This document shows, in pieces, positions 1 through 12,588 of a DNA stretch of 34,968 nt. The notes under the pieces were generated by a model. That model had not been told where the DNA came from, ran no database searches, and saw nothing but the letters and a program-made list of their open reading frames with translations. The DNA is from Octopus bimaculoides (Eukaryota), in assembly GCF_001194135.2 (NCBI RefSeq), contig NC_068982.1, forward strand, positions 63,259,810-63,294,777, in the 5' to 3' direction. Position 1 is the stretch's first letter; each line of letters begins with the position of its first letter. A program made the position numbers and the translations under genes.

Positions 1-60
<60 letters not shown>
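1..60. repeat. Compound (AC)n(AT)n microsatellite
   Basis: About 20 AC units directly followed by about 10 AT units. Confidence 0.98.
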
Positions 61-566
61 TGCATATTTTCCTCCTAATTTCATTCCCAAAGCAATGATA
101 AGCCAGAGGTTATTAGTAGAAAACACGAGCAAAAGCTGCCACTCAGTAAAGCCTAATCCGATGGTATATAGTTACCGAGTGAATTCCTTATCCATATAGC
201 CATACTTGCACTTGCTATAAGTGCAACTCTGGAATCTAAAGCTAGTTGCCTAATGGGAAATAATCAACCTTTCTTTACATTAATCGTGTACTTGAATAAT
301 CGCTTGTACATATACAATACTAATTGTTCCTTTGTATGTATTAGAAGTAGAAGTTGTATTAAACTTACAGCATTAATTTAGTATTTGAATTAGAAATAGC
401 AGTAGATAACAGAATAAGGTGATCATTGTGTGAAATTACTTGTAATATTTAACGTTGAAGTTCAGGTTTCAAATTTGCTTTTTATCAGTTCAGGGTTGCT
501 AAGAAGAGACCATGTGTTGCTTTCATGGACAGTTAGAATAGTATTTTTCAAATAGAGTAGTGACTA

Positions 567-775
567 GAGAATCGAGAGAGCACTGAGTAAAAGATATTGT
601 GGTATTCATTGGATATCGCTGAATGCTCACGTTGAAATCTCTTGAGACAGGCTGTGCGTTTCACTTCTACTTTACTGATATATGTAGTAGTCAAACATTT
701 AAAATCAATCCAACCTAGTCGTCAATTTTAAATGAGTGGCTTTGTATTTGAGAACAGGCATCAATAAACAATGAG
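567..775 (+). mobile_element. Highly diverged tRNA-derived SINE remnant (family A-like)
   Basis: 'agaatcgagagagcactgagtaaaagatattgtggtattc...gttgaaatc' loosely follows the head of the family A copies at 16900-17295 (agaatcgttagca...atgcttagcggtatt...gagttcaaattc). Eye alignment only. Confidence 0.35.
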
Positions 776-914
776 TGGTACTTCAGGCAGATTCAGCCTT
801 AAAAAAAAAAATTATTTCACTTTAACTAATATTGTTGAATATTCTTTTCGTTTAATTGCAATTCAAATGAGTATGAAGCCACGTCTGCCGTTGTCAGAAA
901 TCAATATTTAAAAA

Positions 915-1110
915 CGTGGCTGATCTGTAAATTTGGCAGAAATGTTAGGATGCCAGGATTAGTATTTTGGTCTTATTCCTTTGTACTCAAAGTACAAATT
1001 CTGCAGTCTTTGACTTTATAATTAAGTAACAGTAATAATACACTGCAAATATATAGTCGATTATCCTTCCTCTACTAGAGAAATTGTCCTTGTCTTAAAT
1101 CTAAACAAAT
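915..1110 (+). mobile_element. Diverged family A SINE copy
   Basis: Shares ordered blocks with 16900-17105: ttggcagaa..gttag, aagtacaaattctgc (B-box-like), gacttt, aattaagta, gtcgatta, aaattgtccttgt...aaa. Confidence 0.5.
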
Positions 1111-1578
1111 CAATATTTTGCAGGTGGGGAAGAAGCACATCGGATAAGCAGAACAGTTCACAAAGTGAGCTAATCAATGGTCATATTCGATCAGTTGTTG
1201 TTGGTTTGTTACTATGTTTACGTTGGTAATAGTACAAGAGAAATATAGACGAAGGCGAATTAGTTTCTCTAACGCAATAAATTTCTTAAATAAATCAAAA
1301 ACGGCAATAATTATTTTTTTAATAAAAGAATACAAAATGAATTTTGTTATGAATGTGGGAAATATAATGTATGGTGTATTTCAATTATCAGTAGCTTAGT
1401 TAGCATGTTTCTTTCCTATAAAAGTCGATAAATTACAACAAACTACTAATTTACTAATATCAATTCAATCGAATCGAAAAAAGAATGCCTCTCTTGCCCT
1501 CGAGTTCAACAATAACTATACATCATTTACATGAAGGCCAACGCAGCATATGTCATATGTTATAAATACTTACAAACA

Positions 1579-1580
<2 letters not shown>

Positions 1581-1648
<68 letters not shown>
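1581..1648. repeat. Compound (CA)n(TA)n microsatellite at the 3' end of a minus-strand SINE
   Basis: Direct reading. Confidence 0.97.
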
Positions 1649-1651
<3 letters not shown>

Positions 1652-1944
1652 GCATTCTGCCGGTTACGACGATGCGAGTTTCAGTTAATCCGATGAACGG
1701 AAAAGCCTGCTCTTGATATTAGCGTGTAAGTGGTTGAGCACTCCACAAACACGTGTACCCGTAACAGAGTTTGAGGGAAATTCAACATGGCACAGAGTGT
1801 GACAAGGCTGGCCCTTTGAAATACAGATACTATTCATTCTTGCTAACTGAGTGGACTGGCGCAACGTGAAATAAAGTGTCTTGTTCAAGGACACAACGTG
1901 CCGCCAGATATTGAACTTACGACCTTACGATCGTCAGATATACC
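1649..1944 (-). mobile_element. tRNA-derived SINE with CORE-like domain (family C), 5'-truncated
   Basis: The reverse complement reads ...gtcgtaagttcaatatc (B-box-like) ggcggcacgttgtgtccttgaacaagacactttatttcac, resembling the CORE motif tgtgaccttgggcaagtcactt. A body of about 200 bp follows and ends in a microsatellite. Confidence 0.7.
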
Positions 1945-3469
1945 CATGTGTATGATAAACATATACTTGATCTTCTTGTGAAGTCATGTTTCGTGTGTAG
2001 ATGCAAAATCTTTCTTCAAAGGTGAATGCAGAACGAACACACTAGCTCCATTGTATTCACTACGAGTTACTACGGTTTCCTTAATTCCCTGTTTCAACAA
2101 GATTTCAATTAGATAATAGTAAAGAAAAATGGATTGAAATCTTCAATATGGCCTGAATCGCTACCATCACTTTCGTCACCACTTTCCAATTCTTTTCCAA
2201 AGTACCCAACCATATTTGATCGTTGCCATATTGCTATATTTCATATATTTTAATAAATAGTGAAGAAAAAAAGAAAAAAGAAAGAATTATTAGATTGAGT
2301 GCAGCAGAACAAGAAGAGGAAAAACGCTGAACACAATTCCTTGAGTTTAATTACCCTCATTATATCAGAAAACAATATTGCAATATTTTATCTTCTGTTG
2401 GATGAAAAAATTATTATTATAAAAGATGTAAGGAATTATACGCAACTTATTGAAACAACATTGTAAGGGAAGTGCTTTGGATATGACACCCAGATGGAGT
2501 AAATACTATATAAGTTGATAGCAACTTAAAATTTCAAAGCCATTTATATTCGATAAGTTAACGAGCAGGAAGTGTTGTATCAGAAGCTGAATGCTATCAC
2601 ATCATTTGGAAATAAGAAATATCGATACCCTGAAAGTTAATTGATATTCTAAATTTTAAGCTCACTCTGGCGAAGTGTACCGTTCCTTAACTTTTGCAAT
2701 TGAACAACGGCTGGCGAGGTCGATGTAGTTAATGTTCCTATTGAATAGTTACAATTTGATAACCACTTGAAAAATGGACTGGAAGAAATTCCAAAGAGAG
2801 AGGTTCTGGGGAAGAACAATTGAGTTAGAAGGATCTGAGGCCGATATTAGTGAATTCTACTCCACTTGAATTTAGAAAAAAGGAAAAGAGGATGAAAAAC
2901 AAGCCAGTCTATGTAATAGTGGCAGAATGTATTGAAAGTAAATTGAAATTTCTTGAATCTCTCTATAAGAATGTTTTGAAAACATTTTGTACTATTTATT
3001 TCGGAACCAGGTATAAAAAGCTAATGTATAAATTACATAACATAATCTGTCACAATTTTTTCTGAGAAAAAGGAATTATGTTTGCCTCCCTGACAATGGA
3101 TAGACTGCTTCATAATAATCAATCATACTACTTATATGTTTATCCGTATTTCGACACTTAATCAATGAATCAATAGCTCTGTTCCCCTTTTCTGATAAGT
3201 ATAGTTATTGGTATAGCTTTATGGTTCTGTGCCTTGTCCACGCAACATTACTCTTTACGCTCCACTGCCCAATTGTCCTATTTCAAACATCTGAAGACTT
3301 CTCTCTAAACTTGACCCAACGCATCAAATTTTTTCTATTCACGCACATATCATTTGGCATATTCATCTCTAAGGCACAAATATCACAAACATCTACAATC
3401 TGTTTTCAATGTTCCAGAGGCATCTTCTAATCAACTTCATTCAACAAGAAAGGAAATACCACAGGTTCC

Positions 3470-4800
3470 TTCGAATCAACAAGACCACCGCCACCACTCA
3501 AGACTATAATCCTCTCATTTAATCAAGCACCTCACCAGATAACTCTCCCCTGTATTCATCAAAAACTTCAAAATCTCCCTTTCTATGGTAGTATATCCTT
3601 ATATTTGTGATGTTCCAGTATGTTACCTTTCAGGAAAACACATTCCTTGTGACTCAGCCAGCTATCGTCGTATTGCTCTTCTCACATCTCTAAAATAATG
3701 ACGTTCGCTAACATCTTGAATTCTTCTTTTTCCTCAATGGCCATCTTCATGGCTTTCGATCTTGTCTGACATGTAAATCTCTTCTAAAAACTTCCATCCG
3801 ACGGCTCCATCCATCTCTTATCTTTTCTATTGGTAGCTTCCAGTATTCAAGCAGTTCTTTCTATTCCACTCTCAACTAAATCTGGTATGCGCCAGGATTA
3901 GGGTTTTTCTCCCATCTCTTTCTTCTATGACCTTATTTCTGTCATATCCAACAACACTAACACGTGCAAATTATAAAGACCACCATTAGCTCCCAAACCT
4001 TCCTCAACCATGATCTTCTACAGACAATCTAAACACTACACGTCTAACCTACACTTATCCATGGAAGGTGATTTATTAGGGCTGCACTTATCTTATGTAT
4101 TCTACCAAGAAAAGAACTCAAGTATACTCGTAGCAAGAGAACACCACCATATTTCCAGGCATGAGCCGCACTCAGCTCAAGACCATGATGTTGACTCTGA
4201 AATTTTAGACCTCATTATTATCATGAACATGTGACAAATTCACTTTGTCAATATAGCTACGAACACCTCTCAAAGACTGGTCCTTCTCTTCAGCAATAAT
4301 CTCTATTATTCATGACACTCTAGAAAGTTCACCTGACATTCGCAAAAGCTAATAGTTCCTACGTTTGGGACGGTACTGTTCCTATGCGCACAGACATTCG
4401 GGACTGAAACCAGAGGAGAAGAGTCACTCAACAAATTTGCATTAAATCATTCACAGTCATGCTCCATATTCTGGTCCACAAACATGTTTTGTCTCTGCCT
4501 TTTGTGTCGCTACAACAATTACCTCCGTTTCACGGAGCGAGCTGGTAACGAACCTCTGTACCCCGGTACATCCGAATGTCTCGTCAATCTACGTCTTCTC
4601 ACCTTTGCTTTCAAGATCCCCGGCAGCACACTTGAAATTTTAACCATTTCTTCTTTCATAGATCTCGGAACTGCAGCACGTGTCTTTTGTGCTGATGTTA
4701 GCTTGGATTAATTAAAATCTAACGTTAACTACATCCATTAACCGACGTTGGAGGGTTTGTAATGATCATCATCAGTAAGACAGAATGTAAATAAAGAATG
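3470..4800 (+). pseudogene. Decayed CR1/L2(Jockey)-group LINE ORF2 (reverse transcriptase to 3' end)
   Basis: Ordered RT motifs across frames: LSPVFIKNFKISLSMVVYP...SASYRRIALL (3543-3695; cf. NYRPIALL); HLHGFRS (3742-3762; cf. QYGFR); AFDLV*HVNLF*KLPSDG (3752-3805; cf. KAFDRVWH..L..KL.SYG); SGMRQD*GFSPISF (from 3881; cf. GVPQGSVLSP); HFVNIATNTSQRLVLLF (about 4240-4290); KSNVNY near the C-terminus (about 4715); A-rich tail aataaag near 4790. Many stops and frameshifts. May extend upstream to about 3200. Confidence 0.85.
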
Positions 4801-4936
4801 AGAGACAAACACACATATATTAGCGCCTATAGCACATATTTCACTCAATGAAATTCTGTGCACGATCTTCAGGCTACAACCTTATAATATAATCTATAGA
4901 GAGGTTAATTGAGTAAGCCATCAGCATATAGACTTT

Positions 4937-5220
4937 GACATACATACATACATACATTCATACATACAAACAAACATACACATATACATACATACATGGT
5001 TATACATTTCATATTCAAACATATATATGTGTATATGTACACATATACGTTGATTATGTATTTTGTATATACATATATATACATGAATGTTTCTGCATTA
5101 TTGCATATATCTGTATTTAAATGAGTGTGTGGGTGCGCGCGCCTGTGTATATGCGTTTGTGTCACGCACAACACATTCACACACATATATATTCCTGTTT
5201 ATACGTGTGTCCGTCTGTAT
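4937..5220. repeat. (TACA)n/(TA)n/(CA)n low-complexity mosaic
   Basis: Direct reading. Confidence 0.9.
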
Positions 5221-5625
5221 ATAAGGATATGTCCGTATTCGTCTGATCATATTGTATTTATATTCTCGTATTTTTTTGCCTAGTATACAAGTACTGACTA
5301 CTTTATTCTTATTTTCTTGCACTATCATGAATTAATCAGTTTCTTTGCCTGTCAAGGACTGTCTGGCTTTGTTGACAACTCTGTTGTTATATGTATAATA
5401 CAACTAACGAAAGCCTGTGTATGTATTTGAGGAGACAAACAGGAAAAGAGAACTCAAAACGTAAATATATAAATACATATTCTACCAAACGTTACAGAGC
5501 GACTCAAGAACCAAGATTTTCATTGTATGGCATTTATCAAACTTATCAAAACTGAAAAATTGCCAATGCACAATAATCTCGGCGTTTTATCCATTCTGTA
5601 ACTTCTACCAATTCATACATGCTTT

Positions 5626-5630
5626 CACAC

Positions 5631-5689
<59 letters not shown>

Positions 5690-5690
5690 T
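5626..5690. repeat. (CA)n microsatellite
   Basis: Direct reading. Confidence 0.97.
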
Positions 5691-5924
5691 GAATTCAGTG
5701 TGCGTTGCTTTTGTTGCTTAGCACCAGGTAAACCACAACTGATTAGGAATATGACCGAAAGTTTTCCAGGTATGGCATCCCATCCTTCTGTCTGATATTA
5801 CCCAATATATCCTTTACACACAATACAGAAAGGACTATATTATCCCAGAGCCCATTTTTCATTAGATGTCTTCGTCATATTCTGAAGTGATTAACAGCCA
5901 GGAGGAATATAATTGCTAAGAAAG

Positions 5925-6040
5925 AATATGACCAGTACTACAACTTGATAATATTCGATAACGTCTATTATGGAAGATGGAAGCAACATTATTTTCACCA
6001 GGTTCGACCCAGAATGTAGAAACATTACAAAATAGTACAC
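5925..6040 (-). mobile_element. Diverged internal fragment of family A SINE
   Basis: The reverse complement 'tacattctgggtcgaacctggtgaaaataatgttgcttccatcttcc...tcaagttgtagtactgg' parallels 'tatgttctgagttcaaattccgccgaagtcgactttgcctttcatcc...agttgcgtactgg'. Confidence 0.4.
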
Positions 6041-6904
6041 TTGATACGCCTTTATAGTTCCTAACATATATATCTGGGGAAGAAAAATATTCAATTTAAT
6101 CCTACTTTCTTTATCAATCTAGAGATTTCCACAGAGACATGGAGTCTGGGAAAGTAAATGCATGTAAAGCAATTTGTTCTGCACTCTTTCGATATCAGGC
6201 ATCAACTTGAATGTTATAAGGTTACTCTTAATAATAATAAATCTAGTATCTATAAGTTTGAGCTGAATTTCATTGTAAAGGTCACTAAAACTTTGATATC
6301 AGCAGAACAGAATCACTGCTTTGATTTAGAGGAAGAAACAAGCATATTTAGCTAGGCCTTTGTATTAGTTACCATAAATATAACATCAACAAAAATGATA
6401 TAAAGTTCTTAGAAAAGTCAACTCACATTCTACTAATACAGGGCCAAATAATCTGTCCCTTCGGTTCTTTTTCCTCCATTATCTTCTTTGTTTAACATGA
6501 GAAATCTGATTATTTGTTGTGTTTTTTTCTTCTTATTCTAACCAGTCACTATTTTTCTTTTCAACGTAATTGACAGCTAAACAACTCCAAATCAATTCGT
6601 GAATGTCGGGCATTTAAAAAAAAAAAACTTTATCTCAGCCTTCAATATTTCATTCCGATCACGTGAATATTTGTGTTAGCCATCGATTATTTTCTTTCTT
6701 TTTGCATATTTTCACTTTATTCTTCTGGTTTTGATTGTTTTCTTGTCCTTTTCGTGCTCGTTCAGTGTTTTACTCCATTAATTTTCTGTTTTCTATTCTT
6801 TTCTTTTATTTTCTAATTCCCATCTCATTTTTCTCGTTTCTCTATTCTTCTTAAACTTCTTTCTTTTCTCTTCCTTCTTCATTCTTCTACTTCTTTCTGT
6901 CTTT

Positions 6905-7028
<124 letters not shown>

Positions 7029-7966
7029 NNNNNNNNNNNNNNNNNNNNNNNNNNNNNNNNNNNNNNNNNNNNNNNNNNNNNNNNNNNNNNNNNNNNNNNN
7101 NNNNNNNNNNNNNNNNNNNNNNNNNNNNNNNNNNNNNNNNNNNNNNNNNNNNNNNNNNNNNNNNNNNNNNNNNNNNNNNNNNNNNNNNNNNNNNNNNNNN
7201 NNNNNNNNNNNNNNNNNNNNNNNNNNNNNNNNNNNNNNNNNNNNNNNNNNNNNNNNNNNNNNNNNNNNNNNNNNNNNNNNNNNNNNNNNNNNNNNNNNNN
7301 NNNNNNNNNNNNNNNNNNNNNNNNNNNNNNNNNNNNNNNNNNNNNNNNNNNNNNNNNNNNNNNNNNNNNNNNNNNNNNNNNNNNNNNNNNNNNNNNNNNN
7401 NNNNNNNNNNNNNNNNNNNNNNNNNNNNNNNNNNNNNNNNNNNNNNNNNNNNNNNNNNNNNNNNNNNNNNNNNNNNNNNNNNNNNNNNNNNNNNNNNNNN
7501 NNNNNNNNNNNNNNNNNNNNNNNNNNNNNNNNNNNNNNNNNNNNNNNNNNNNNNNNNNNNNNNNNNNNNNNNNNNNNNNNNNNNNNNNNNNNNNNNNNNN
7601 NNNNNNNNNNNNNNNNNNNNNNNNNNNNNNNNNNNNNNNNNNNNNNNNNNNNNNNNNNNNNNNNNNNNNNNNNNNNNNNNNNNNNNNNNNNNNNNNNNNN
7701 NNNNNNNNNNNNNNNNNNNNNNNNNNNNNNNNNNNNNNNNNNNNNNNNNNNNNNNNNNNNNNNNNNNNNNNNNNNNNNNNNNNNNNNNNNNNNNNNNNNN
7801 NNNNNNNNNNNNNNNNNNNNNNNNNNNNNNNNNNNNNNNNNNNNNNNNNNNNNNNNNNNNNNNNNNNNNNNNNNNNNNNNNNNNNNNNNNNNNNNNNNNN
7901 NNNNNNNNNNNNNNNNNNNNNNNNNNNNNNNNNNNNNNNNNNNNNNNNNNNNNNNNNNNNNNNNNN
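7029..7966. other. Assembly gap (938 N)
   Basis: N run flanked by (TAA)n and (TA)n. Confidence 1.
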
Positions 7967-8261
7967 TATATATATATATATATGTATGTATGTATGTATA
8001 TATAAATTATGCAAGTTGTATAATTCTGCATATTATGCATAGTTATATAACGTAGGTTGCTATCTCACTATGCTATCTCATTAATAATGTTATGACAAAG
8101 TTGTGTACTTACATCAATATAAATTTAAATAGAGAAAAACAAAACACAGATGAAACAAATCTATGACAATTCATACCTACAGGCACATCAATATTATAGA
8201 GATCAATAGAAGATACCAAGAGACGATTTGCTAATATATACAACAGAACTTCATACATTCA

Positions 8262-8415
8262 TATGTATGTATGTATGTATGTATGTATGTCTGTATGTAA
8301 GTACGTACGTGTGTATGTATGTATGCAGGTGTGGATGTATGCACGTACGTACGTGTGTATGTATGCATGAATGTATATATGCATGCATGCATGTATGTGT
8401 GAATGTGTATGTATG
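8262..8415. repeat. (TATG)n-based low-complexity mosaic
   Basis: Direct reading. Confidence 0.9.
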
Positions 8416-8600
8416 TATAGTGATCTATTTATATACAGAGATTGACAATACTTTTCATGCTATGACAGCGAATAGATTTTTGTATTTCTCACAAATAAAT
8501 ATTAAGGATTGCGGGATATTTCGTGCCAGTTAGCAAAAACATGTTATTTCATTTTAAAAAACACACACCACACATGCAGAAAAATAGGAAAATTAAAACA

Positions 8601-8606
8601 CACGCA

Positions 8607-8647
<41 letters not shown>

Positions 8648-8722
8648 AGACACACACGTTCACACATACGTACACACACGCGCACGCTCAAACACACACA
8701 CACACACACATACACACACATA
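8601..8722. repeat. Interrupted (CA)n microsatellite
   Basis: Direct reading. Confidence 0.93.
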
Positions 8723-8835
8723 TGTACTGTTGAAAGAGCGTCCTCTGCCCATGTCTGCCTAAGTATACATACATCCATACATGCATAGTATGTAAAACGA
8801 CTATTACACATTTATATATAAGGAATATATATATG

Positions 8836-9164
8836 NNNNNNNNNNNNNNNNNNNNNNNNNNNNNNNNNNNNNNNNNNNNNNNNNNNNNNNNNNNNNNNNN
8901 NNNNNNNNNNNNNNNNNNNNNNNNNNNNNNNNNNNNNNNNNNNNNNNNNNNNNNNNNNNNNNNNNNNNNNNNNNNNNNNNNNNNNNNNNNNNNNNNNNNN
9001 NNNNNNNNNNNNNNNNNNNNNNNNNNNNNNNNNNNNNNNNNNNNNNNNNNNNNNNNNNNNNNNNNNNNNNNNNNNNNNNNNNNNNNNNNNNNNNNNNNNN
9101 NNNNNNNNNNNNNNNNNNNNNNNNNNNNNNNNNNNNNNNNNNNNNNNNNNNNNNNNNNNNNNNN
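8836..9164. other. Assembly gap (329 N)
   Basis: N run. Confidence 1.
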
Positions 9165-9257
9165 GCTTTTCTTTTTGGGAGGGGGAAGGAAAAAAAAGGG
9201 GGGGTCGATCAAAAGGGATCGTAGGAAGGAAAAGGGGGTAGTTCGATCAAAAGATAG

Positions 9258-9258
9258 C

Positions 9259-9300
<42 letters not shown>

Positions 9301-9445
9301 TACACATATATACTGTGGATATACGTACATATATATATGTATATATATATATTATGTAATATATAACGCATGGTATATATATATATATGTGATAAATATG
9401 TGTGTGTGTATGAGCATGCGTGTGCGTGCGTGCGTGTGTGTGTGC
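9258..9445. repeat. (GATA)n, (TA)n and (GT/GC)n microsatellite mosaic
   Basis: Direct reading. Confidence 0.92.
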
Positions 9446-9681
9446 AATATATAATATATGATGTACATGATGTTTATGGGGCAAATATCTGATATAGATC
9501 TCAATGCAATGGAATGGAGTAGATTATGACCAAACGCGCCAACCTAGTTACCTGTAATGCCCCCCCCCCATCGCACAAACAGCGCGTAGGTTCGTTATTT
9601 TTTTATGATCTATCATGATTAGCCAAAGGCAAAATTCGAAGAGATAAATTTTCCCCCTACATAATAAAAGAATGTTCGTAT

Positions 9682-9723
<42 letters not shown>

Positions 9724-10492
9724 ATACATACAGACAGAGAGACAGATATATGTATGTGTGTGGAAGTGGAGTATACACGAGGTTGTCTCACTGTGTATCT
9801 GTTCAGCACATACTGTGTGAGTTTGCGCTTAAGATTAATACTATCATTGAACAGCCACTAAAAAACGCAGCATTATTTTTTAGTTTCATACAATGTACTC
9901 GTGTTCGGTGATCAGGCGATATTTTCTCACATTTTGTTAAAACAGCTCTGCAGCTATTACTGTTTAAACTATGACAGTTTTGATGACTGCGACGGCAAAT
10001 CTGTACCCAAAATCCTCAGTGTACTTTTAATCTTTTAATCGAACTTGTATTGATGTTGAACATGCGTTTTTAGTACAGCTGAAATATCAGTTTTGTTTGA
10101 CACTATTTCAAAGACAACAACAGAAGGGAAAACAAATGAAATAGATAGAAAAGAAAAATTAAAGAAAAGAAAAGTAGCAATGAAGAAAAATCGGTAAAGT
10201 TTCACGAGAACCGTCGCTGAACAATCCATCAAGTTTGCACCAGTTAGTATATGTACGGATGTATGCACAAACACACACGCACAGACGCACAAAAACACAC
10301 ACATACACACATACGCACAAACATTCGGATACGCACTAACACACACACACATATATTATCGACAAATACATGCATGCATATCTATAGATATATGTATGGC
10401 TGAATTGGTATATATGTGTGTGTGTGTGTTTGTAAATAACACATCCCTGTATTTATATACGTGCAAGCGTGTGTATATGTGTGTGTACATAC

Positions 10493-10496
<4 letters not shown>

Positions 10497-10563
<67 letters not shown>

Positions 10564-10651
10564 AAGAGAGAGACACACACACAGAAAGAGAGACACAGAA
10601 AGAGAGACACAGAAAGAGAGAGGGACAGAGAGACAGACATATAGATAGATA
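10497..10651. repeat. (GA)n-(GACA)n microsatellite with a 14-bp (CAGAAAGAGAGACA)n derivative
   Basis: (GA)n to about 10538, (GACA)n to about 10562, then about three 14-bp units at 10581-10620. Confidence 0.93.
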
Positions 10652-10770
10652 NNNNNNNNNNNNNNNNNNNNNNNNNNNNNNNNNNNNNNNNNNNNNNNNN
10701 NNNNNNNNNNNNNNNNNNNNNNNNNNNNNNNNNNNNNNNNNNNNNNNNNNNNNNNNNNNNNNNNNNNNNN
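10652..10770. other. Assembly gap (119 N)
   Basis: N run between (GATA)-type repeats. Confidence 1.
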
Positions 10771-10793
10771 ATAAGTAGATAGATATATTGATT

Positions 10794-10820
<27 letters not shown>

Positions 10821-10828
<8 letters not shown>

Positions 10829-10980
10829 TGCTTGATTGTTAGATAGATTGCTTAATTGTTAGATAGATTGCTTGATTGTTAGATAGATTGCTTGATTGTT
10901 AGATAGATTGCTTAATTGTTAGATAGATTGCTTGATTGTTAGATAGATTGCTTGATTGTTAGATAGATTGCTTGATTGTT
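10821..10980. repeat. 20-bp minisatellite, 8 units (AGATAGATTGCTTGATTGTT)
   Basis: Eight contiguous units. Units 2 and 5 carry CTTAATT instead of CTTGATT. The array continues directly from an (AGAT)n array. Confidence 0.98.
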
Positions 10981-11419
10981 AGATAGATATGCATGCGCAT
11001 CTATGAATTAGCAAGAGTCACACTGAAAATCCAAGAAATTGTTAGAAATTCTAGAATAAGAGGAATAGCATAAAAATTAAAAATAAAAATAATTTTCCAT
11101 GGAACAAATAAATCCTATTTACTTTAGCTTTTAATCCATGTATTCAATTCATGCAAAGTACATCATTATTTGCTTCATTGTGAATAGATGGTGCATAGAC
11201 AAAATGGTTCAACAGTCGAGATGTTACAAATCCGTTACAAATACATATTTAATTTAATCTCATACGCACACGTTTGCATGTACACACACGCGCACACACC
11301 CACACGCACACACACACAGAAACAACCACACACACACACTCATACACATGTTCATGTACATATATACACATGTTTGTGTGGAAAGAGAGAGTGAGAGAGA
11401 ATATATATTCCCCCACTTA

Positions 11420-12400
11420 TGGATGTTATAAGGCCTTCGACATGCTAACTTTCTACAGAGCATAATCAAAGCCACAACTGACTTAACTTCATCCTTAGCC
11501 TCCATCTTGAAGCTAAATACAAGGAATGGTTGTATTTTCATTGATAAAATACGATATGGCAGAGATATTCCAAGGGGTCAGTCTCTCTGTGATGCTAGTC
11601 ATATTTTTATCAACACCCCTGTCAGTTATGTTGAGAAAGTCTGAAGAATATCTCATTGGTTCACAGGGAGAAAGAAATACCAAAATCATGCACTACTTAT
11701 TTGTGAATGACTTGAAGCTGTACGCTATGATATGCATGATATATTTTTTTAAAAAGCCTGATTTGGTTGCAACTTTCTCAAAGAATATAGGGATGGTGTT
11801 TGGTCAAGATAAATGTTCCTATATGATTGTGAAGTGAAGGGAAAATGTAAACCAGGCTAGAAGCATCAACCATCAATGATTTGACTTTTATCCCGATAAG
11901 TGTTGTGGAATACTACAGGTATTAACCGATAAAACGTGATGTGGCCATGAAACTGTACAGTGAGATCCATCAGAAGAATAATTCCAGGGAACAAAGGCAT
12001 AAGAGCCTAAACGTAGGGTAGATACCATAACCACTTATGAAAGGAGAGTCCCTGTGAATGTTCCTGTGAAAACCTCAATAAAACGTAAATAACAAATGAG
12101 GCGTAATGATTTGGGACAGAAAAGAGAAACTCTGAGGTAGTGGAAGTCAGTTGCCCACTCGATGTCAACATAAAGCTAAATATTGGCGAAAAATAAAAAG
12201 CCTATGCTGAACTACCGAGAAATTTAAAGATATTCCACCAGGACTACTAGTTTAGATTAATGCACATAATTAATGAATATTTGGATATGTAACCAAGTGA
12301 CTCAGCACCAATCTTGAGACTATAGGGTTCTCAAAACCAGAAAGTAGAAAGCTAATTACAAAACTGCAGATACATACAAGCCATCAAAGTATGTATATCT
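11420..12400 (+). pseudogene. Decayed R4/Dong-type (RLE-endonuclease) LINE: RT fragment joined to the C-terminal restriction-like endonuclease
   Basis: YKAFD (about 11427-11441); ORF 11526-11837 IFQGVSLSVML...KIMHYLFVNDLKLYA...TFSKNIGMVFGQDKC (cf. GIFQGDSLSP...ISHLLFVDDLKLYA...FS.DIGM.FG.DKC); NVPVKTSIK (about 12057); EVVEVSCPLDVNI (12134-12172, RLE motif); LETIGFSKPESRKLITKLQI (12313-12372). Confidence 0.85.
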
Positions 12401-12588
12401 TAGCAAAAGTTGGGCATATAGTTATGTATACATATGCCTAGTCATGCAATTATATATGTGAGACATATACAACAAAACTAAACATATTGATCTGCACTGT
12501 AAAATGACTGACGGCAAATACTTTCTCATATACATACCTTTATGCACAACTACCCTGTTCATGTTGAAATTCCATATATAGTAGATCA

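Noticed and set aside
2300-3065. Purine-rich stretch with coding-like fragments (ILSSVG, DWKKFQRE)
   Set aside because: It may be a very old retroelement, but no ordered motif series could be established.
3490-3650. LINE ORF1/zinc-knuckle reading (TIILSFN...PYI...CY)
   Set aside because: The same bases are better explained, in frame with SYRRIALL, as the N-terminal part of the ORF2 RT.
9165-9255. G-rich tract with TCGATCAAAAG twice (possible G-quadruplex)
   Set aside because: It directly abuts a gap and precedes (GATA)n, so it is likely low-quality contig-end sequence.
9775-10250. Possible mariner-type MITE starting TACACGAGG; a similar TACAGGG start at about 6435
   Set aside because: No matching right-hand TIR could be found.
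10821-10980. CRISPR-like regular repeat
   Set aside because: The units are contiguous with no unique spacers, and the context is eukaryotic with no cas genes.
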